In this document: positions 58,361 through 62,383 of the stretch, piece after piece | Position numbering within the stretch: the first letter of the stretch is position 1 | Layout: each line of letters starts with the position of its first letter | NCBI GenBank assembly: GCA_964524845.1 | Contig: CAZGFX010000001.1 | Span: 1 to 62,383, forward strand | Length of the DNA stretch: 62,383 nucleotides | Source of the DNA: an uncultured Gammaproteobacteria bacterium | GTDB taxonomy: Bacteria; Patescibacteriota; Patescibacteriia; CAZGFX01 | Direction: 5' to 3' | Translations under genes and position numbers: made by a program | Notes under the pieces: generated by a model | What the model was told of the DNA's origin: nothing | Seen by the model: only the letters and a program-made list of their open reading frames with translations | The model's database searches: none

Positions 58361-58942
58361 TTACATCGAGTAACGAACGAAACGAATCACTTCAATCTTT
58401 TCCCCTAATTTCAATGTATATTCCTCAATTAAGGAATTAATTTTTTTTGAATCATCTTTTACAAACACTTGTTCTAATAGACAATTCTCCATATAAAACT
58501 TACTTATCTTTCCTTCAAGTATTTTCTCAATCATCGCCTCTGGTTTTCCTTCTTGTTTGAGCGCCTCTGTTTCAATTTCTTTCTCTTTTGTAATAACATC
58601 AGAAGGAACATCGTCTCGTTTAATATACAAAGGATTCATAGCTGCGATATGAATACAGAGCTCATGCGCCAGCTCTTTAAAAGAATCGTTGCGTGCAACA
58701 AAATCAGTCTCACAATTCAACTGGAGAAGAACGCCGATCTTTCCGTTACCGTGAATATATGAATCAACCATCCCTTGTCCAGCGACACGATCTTGTTTCT
58801 TAGCAGCCACTTTCTGACCATGTTTACGTGCAATTTCAATTGCGGCATCAAGATTGCCTCCTGATTCATCGAGAAACTTCTTTGCGTCCGATATTCCAAC
58901 TCCTGTGATTTCGCGCAATTGTTTAATAAGTTCAATACTCAT
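58361..58942 (-). CDS. tsf: Elongation factor Ts (short form)
   Basis: Starts MSIELIKQLREITGVGISDAKKFL (UBA-like); the ORF-track start at 58957 adds 5 aa. Downstream of rpsB. Confidence 0.85.
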   Translation of the reverse strand: MSIELIKQLREITGVGISDAKKFLDESGGNLDAAIEIARKHGQKVAAKKQDRVAGQGMVDSYIHGNGKIGVLLQLNCETDFVARNDSFKELAHELCIHIAAMNPLYIKRDDVPSDVITKEKEIETEALKQEGKPEAMIEKILEGKISKFYMENCLLEQVFVKDDSKKINSLIEEYTLKLGEKIEVIRFVRYSM

Positions 58943-58996
58943 AAAGATTATGTGCAATTAGTAATAATTTCGGTAATAAAAATGTATGGAAACGCG

Positions 58997-59713
58997 TTAT
59001 TTTGCGGCAGCTGCTTTTTTGCGAGCATCTTTACCAGACTTAATCGCATCAGCAATTTTCGCTACAAATAATTCGACCGAACGAACAGCATCATCATTGC
59101 CAGGAACTCCATATTGTACTAAATCCGGATTTACTATTGAGTCAATTAGAGCAATGACGGGAATACAAAGTTTTTTTGCCTCGCGAATAACACTACGCTC
59201 TTTCTTAATATCAATAACAACAACCGCTTGAGGGAGTTTGACCATATTACGAATTCCACCAACTGATTCTAGAAGCTTCTTGTGTTGTTTTTCGAAATCC
59301 ATTATTTCCTTCTTAACAAATTTTTTCTTTGTTTCAGGATCAGCAAGAAGACCTTCTAACCTCTGAAGTTCTTTTACGAGAGTTATGATGCTAGAAAAAT
59401 TTGTGAATGTGCCTCCAAGCCATCTACCAATAACATATGGCGCATCAGCTTCTTTTGCATAACGTTCTATGCATTCTCTTGCTTGTTTTTTTGTACCAAC
59501 AAAAAGAACAATTCCGCCTTGAACTATAATTTTTTCTACAAAATCAAGTGCAGCTTGAAACAATAAAGTTGATTGTTCAAGATCAAAAACATCAATACCG
59601 CCGCGTGTCATTTGAATAAACGGCGCCATTTTCGGATATCGTCGAGCCTTGGTATGTCCAAAATGCGTTCCAACATCCAACATTTCCTTTATATCAGGAG
59701 CTTGTACTGGCAT
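58997..59713 (-). CDS. rpsB: 30S ribosomal protein S2
   Basis: LDVGTHFGHTKARRYPKM ... GTKKQA ... RWLGGTFTNF. Confidence 0.95.
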   Translation of the reverse strand: MPVQAPDIKEMLDVGTHFGHTKARRYPKMAPFIQMTRGGIDVFDLEQSTLLFQAALDFVEKIIVQGGIVLFVGTKKQARECIERYAKEADAPYVIGRWLGGTFTNFSSIITLVKELQRLEGLLADPETKKKFVKKEIMDFEKQHKKLLESVGGIRNMVKLPQAVVVIDIKKERSVIREAKKLCIPVIALIDSIVNPDLVQYGVPGNDDAVRSVELFVAKIADAIKSGKDARKKAAAAK

Positions 59714-59821
59714 ATATGTTTCCTTCTATACGTATTAAAGAAAAATAGCTTCGTATCGCCATTTTTCATAAATTATTACCTAAAAATAGTTAACGCACTA
59801 CATAATAGGATATATATCAGA

Positions 59822-59905
59822 AAAATCAAGTGTTTATGGTGTTTTTCCCACATTTTATCAAATTAAAAAGTCTTTTGGTTTTTTGTGTTATAAACACTTG
59901 ATTTT
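59822..59905. promoter_or_regulatory. Perfect 16-bp inverted repeat AAAATCAAGTGTTTAT / ATAAACACTTGATTTT, spaced 52 nt, overlapping the rpmE promoter candidate
   Basis: Arms lie at 59822-59837 and 59890-59905. The right arm contains the TTGATT of a TTGATT-N17-TATCAT promoter-like element just upstream of rpmE. Confidence 0.4.
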
Positions 59906-59934
59906 GGTAAAAAAGATTGCTATCATACGCCCGT

Positions 59935-60222
59935 ATGAAAAAAGAAATACATCCAGATTATCACACCGATGCTGTAATTCGTTGTGCGTGCGGAGCAACA
60001 CTAAAAACAGGATCTACGACCAAAGAGATCCATGTTGATATTTGCTCAACATGCCACCCTTTCTACACTGGAAAGCAAAATCTTGTAGATACAGCTGGTA
60101 TCGTTGATAGATTCCGTGCACGCGATTCAAAAAAGACAAATATCAAAACAGGAAAAGCAGTAAAAAAATTGAAAACCGCAAGCAGAAAGAAAATCGCGGA
60201 CACGAAAAAACCAAAGGCGTAG
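59935..60222 (+). CDS. rpmE: 50S ribosomal protein L31 (Zn-binding C+ form)
   Basis: MKKEIHPDY ... RCACG ... [13 protein letters not shown] prefer the Met at 59935 over the ORF-track start at 59917. Confidence 0.9.
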   Translation: MKKEIHPDYHTDAVIRCACGATLKTGSTTKEIHVDICSTCHPFYTGKQNLVDTAGIVDRFRARDSKKTNIKTGKAVKKLKTASRKKIADTKKPKA

Positions 60223-60240
60223 CTTCGGTAAGATTATAGA

Positions 60241-60269
60241 ACACCCTTTTTACAGGGTGTTTTGTCTTT
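60241..60269 (+). terminator. Rho-independent terminator or attenuator after rpmE
   Basis: Stem ACACCCT/AGGGTGT with a 6-nt loop, followed by TTTTGTCTTT. Confidence 0.55.
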
Positions 60270-60307
60270 GAAAAAGATAGGAAACAAAATTTTATATAAC
60301 AATTGGT

Positions 60308-61387
60308 ATGCTTATTGATATAACAAAAGAAAAAAATATTATATCTGAAAAAGAAAAAAAACTGCAGAAAGAACTGCAGAATCCTTTGATTACAAAAGAT
60401 ACAAAACGTTTTGCATCGATTTCAAAAGAATATTCAGAAATTACAGAAGCCCTTGAAAAACTTACCTCGTTAGAAAATATGATATCAGCACTCAATACTG
60501 CACGCACCGAACTTCAACAAAGTATAGATCCTGATATGAAAGCATTGGCCGGAGAAGAAGTTTTGCGTCTTCAAAAAGAAATATCCGAACTCGAAAATGA
60601 ACTCTTTGATTATCTCTACCCTGCTGATCCATTAGATAAAAAAGACACCATCATCGAAATTCGCCCAGGAGCAGGAGGAGATGAATCAGCGCTTTTTGCA
60701 GGAGAATTATACAGATCATATAAAAAATTTGCCGATCAGATGAAGTGGAAAATGGAGCTCATTTCAGCAAATCAGACAGGTATTGGAGGATTTAAAGAAG
60801 TTATTTTTTCAATCAAAGGAAAAAACGTATATAGCACCATGAAGTTCGAGGGAGGAGTACATCGTGTCCAACGTGTTCCTGAAACAGAAAAATCAGGAAG
60901 AGTTCACACTTCTACAGTTACGGTGGCCGTATATCCGGAAGCAGACGAAATTGATATGACGATAGATCCAAAAGATCTTAGGGTTGATACTTTTTGCGCG
61001 TCAGGACACGGTGGACAGAGCGTCAATACCACATACTCTGCTGTTCGAATAACTCATCTTCCTACAGGGCTCGTCGTTAATTGTCAGGACGAAAGATCAC
61101 AGATACAAAACAGAGAACGTGCGATGCAAGTGCTTCGTACGCGTCTTTATGATTTGGAAATACAAAAACAACGCGAATCACATAGTCAAAAGATGAAATC
61201 AATGATTGGAACAGGAGATCGAAGCGAGAAGATCCGCACATACAACTTCCCTCAGGATCGCGTAACCGATCACAGAATAAAAGAAAGCTGGGGAAATATT
61301 GCACATATAATGGAGGGAAATATCGGAGATATAATCAATACTCTAAAAAATCGTCAGCGCGAAGAACGTGTAAACACACCCTCATAA
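60308..61387 (+). CDS. prfA: Peptide chain release factor 1
   Basis: PxT-type tripeptide ([10 protein letters not shown]) and the GGQ motif ([11 protein letters not shown]). Followed by prmC. Confidence 0.9.
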   Translation: MLIDITKEKNIISEKEKKLQKELQNPLITKDTKRFASISKEYSEITEALEKLTSLENMISALNTARTELQQSIDPDMKALAGEEVLRLQKEISELENELFDYLYPADPLDKKDTIIEIRPGAGGDESALFAGELYRSYKKFADQMKWKMELISANQTGIGGFKEVIFSIKGKNVYSTMKFEGGVHRVQRVPETEKSGRVHTSTVTVAVYPEADEIDMTIDPKDLRVDTFCASGHGGQSVNTTYSAVRITHLPTGLVVNCQDERSQIQNRERAMQVLRTRLYDLEIQKQRESHSQKMKSMIGTGDRSEKIRTYNFPQDRVTDHRIKESWGNIAHIMEGNIGDIINTLKNRQREERVNTPS

Positions 61388-61392
61388 TCACA

Positions 61393-62274
61393 ATGCCCGA
61401 AACAACAATAAAAAAGTGGTACGCATACGCAATTGAAAAACTGACTTCAAAGAGCAACTCTCCTGATCTCGATGCTAGGTGTATTATATCTCATGTATTA
61501 GGAGTTAGCTCTGAATACGTTTTTGTTTACCCTGAAAATAAAATTGACAACATAACACATGCGAAACTAGAAAGGATTCTTAAAAAACGAATCACAGGAA
61601 CTCCGATCGCATACATCACTAATTCAAAAGAGTTTTTTGGTAAAAAGTTTTATATTGACGAGAGAGTCCTCGTACCAAGACCAGAAACAGAGCTTCTTCT
61701 AGAGTTGTGTCTTTCAGCTATAAAAAACACTCTTTTGAAAAAAAACAAAACATCTTCATCGCCTATTATTATTTCTGATATATGCACGGGTTCCGGTTGT
61801 CTTGCTGTTTCATTATCGTGCGAGCTCGCGTCTCTTAATATACCACATCATATATACGCGACAGATACATCAAGTGACGCGCTTGCTGTTGCAAAAATAA
61901 ACGCGAGCTCGCACCAAGTTGAAAATAATATTTCATATATCAAAGGAGATCTTCTTCTACCACTTATACATGAAAATATTTGTCCCGATTTTATTATTTC
62001 AAATCCTCCTTATGTAAGTGAGGAAGAATATATAAAATCACCATCTATAGCACATGAGCCAAAAGAAGCTCTCGTTTCTTCAGAGAATGGCACTACTCAT
62101 CTCGCTCGTATCATAGAACAATTAAAATCTTTTCCTGATTCGCGTGCGTTTATCGAAATAGGTTCACTTCATGGAAAATACATATTTGATAAAAGCGCTA
62201 AATATAATTTAAGTGCAATAATTCACAAAGATCTTGCTGGACTGGACAGATACGCTGAAATAATAAAAATATAA
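61393..62274 (+). CDS. prmC: Release-factor glutamine N5-methyltransferase PrmC (HemK)
   Basis: AdoMet motif DICTGSGCLAV and catalytic NPPY. Confidence 0.85.
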   Translation: MPETTIKKWYAYAIEKLTSKSNSPDLDARCIISHVLGVSSEYVFVYPENKIDNITHAKLERILKKRITGTPIAYITNSKEFFGKKFYIDERVLVPRPETELLLELCLSAIKNTLLKKNKTSSSPIIISDICTGSGCLAVSLSCELASLNIPHHIYATDTSSDALAVAKINASSHQVENNISYIKGDLLLPLIHENICPDFIISNPPYVSEEEYIKSPSIAHEPKEALVSSENGTTHLARIIEQLKSFPDSRAFIEIGSLHGKYIFDKSAKYNLSAIIHKDLAGLDRYAEIIKI

Positions 62275-62292
62275 ACACTATTAATCTAGTTA

Positions 62293-62370
62293 ATCCCACT
62301 ATATATAAAATTTTTGTCCGTTTATGAGCGAAGCGAAATAAAGGACCAAAAATTTTATATATAGTGGGAT
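62293..62370. repeat. Long hairpin / inverted repeat (~27-bp arms, 23-nt loop) downstream of prmC
   Basis: Arms are ATCCCACTATATATAAAATTTTTGTCC (62293-62319) and GGACCAAAAATTTTATATATAGTGGGAT (62343-62370), complementary except for a 1-nt bulge. The loop is GTTTATGAGCGAAGCGAAATAAA. Confidence 0.7.
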
Positions 62371-62383
62371 GTTTTACAATTAC

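Overview
This is an AT-rich bacterial chromosome segment, roughly one-third G+C by eye, densely packed and coded almost entirely on the minus strand. About 85% of it is housekeeping. Those genes are secE-nusG-rplK-rplA, gyrB, pheST, tdk, rlmN, rmuC, a CIRCE-controlled hrcA-grpE-hsp20-dnaK-dnaJ operon, murG-ftsW-mraY, rpmA, ftsEX plus an ftsB-like gene, lepA, murJ, an mreB-mreC-mreD-PBP2-greA-mreB cluster, proS, rseP, frr, holB, rnhA, recJ, murA, tsf-rpsB and rpmE-prfA-prmC. A short EF-Ts, a ProRS ending in FARSY, many small TM or zinc-ribbon ORFs and the compact spacing fit a small-genome, Patescibacteria/CPR-like organism; this is inference only. I found no rRNA, tRNA, CRISPR array, integrase or transposase. 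The one clear accessory region is 0.2-9.2 kb, directly downstream of the rplA terminator. It holds a type III restriction-modification core (mod, res) inside a tightly spaced six-gene operon with four uncharacterised partners. These are a coiled-coil Cys-rich protein, a zinc ribbon, a small 2-TM protein and a 584-aa multi-TM protein. Next to the operon sit a DinD/Bro-N-like gene and a decayed copy of it, and all three units carry the same promoter-like motif. This operon is my best candidate for an undescribed composite defence system. Secondary oddities are listed below:
- a proteasome-beta-like ORF between dnaK and dnaJ;
- a GC-richer secreted protein gene at 20.7 kb;
- a two-armed short-repeat array at 34.6 kb;
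- a ~134-nt structured element upstream of murJ;
- several long inverted repeats.
All homology calls come from motif recognition by eye, and no searches were run.
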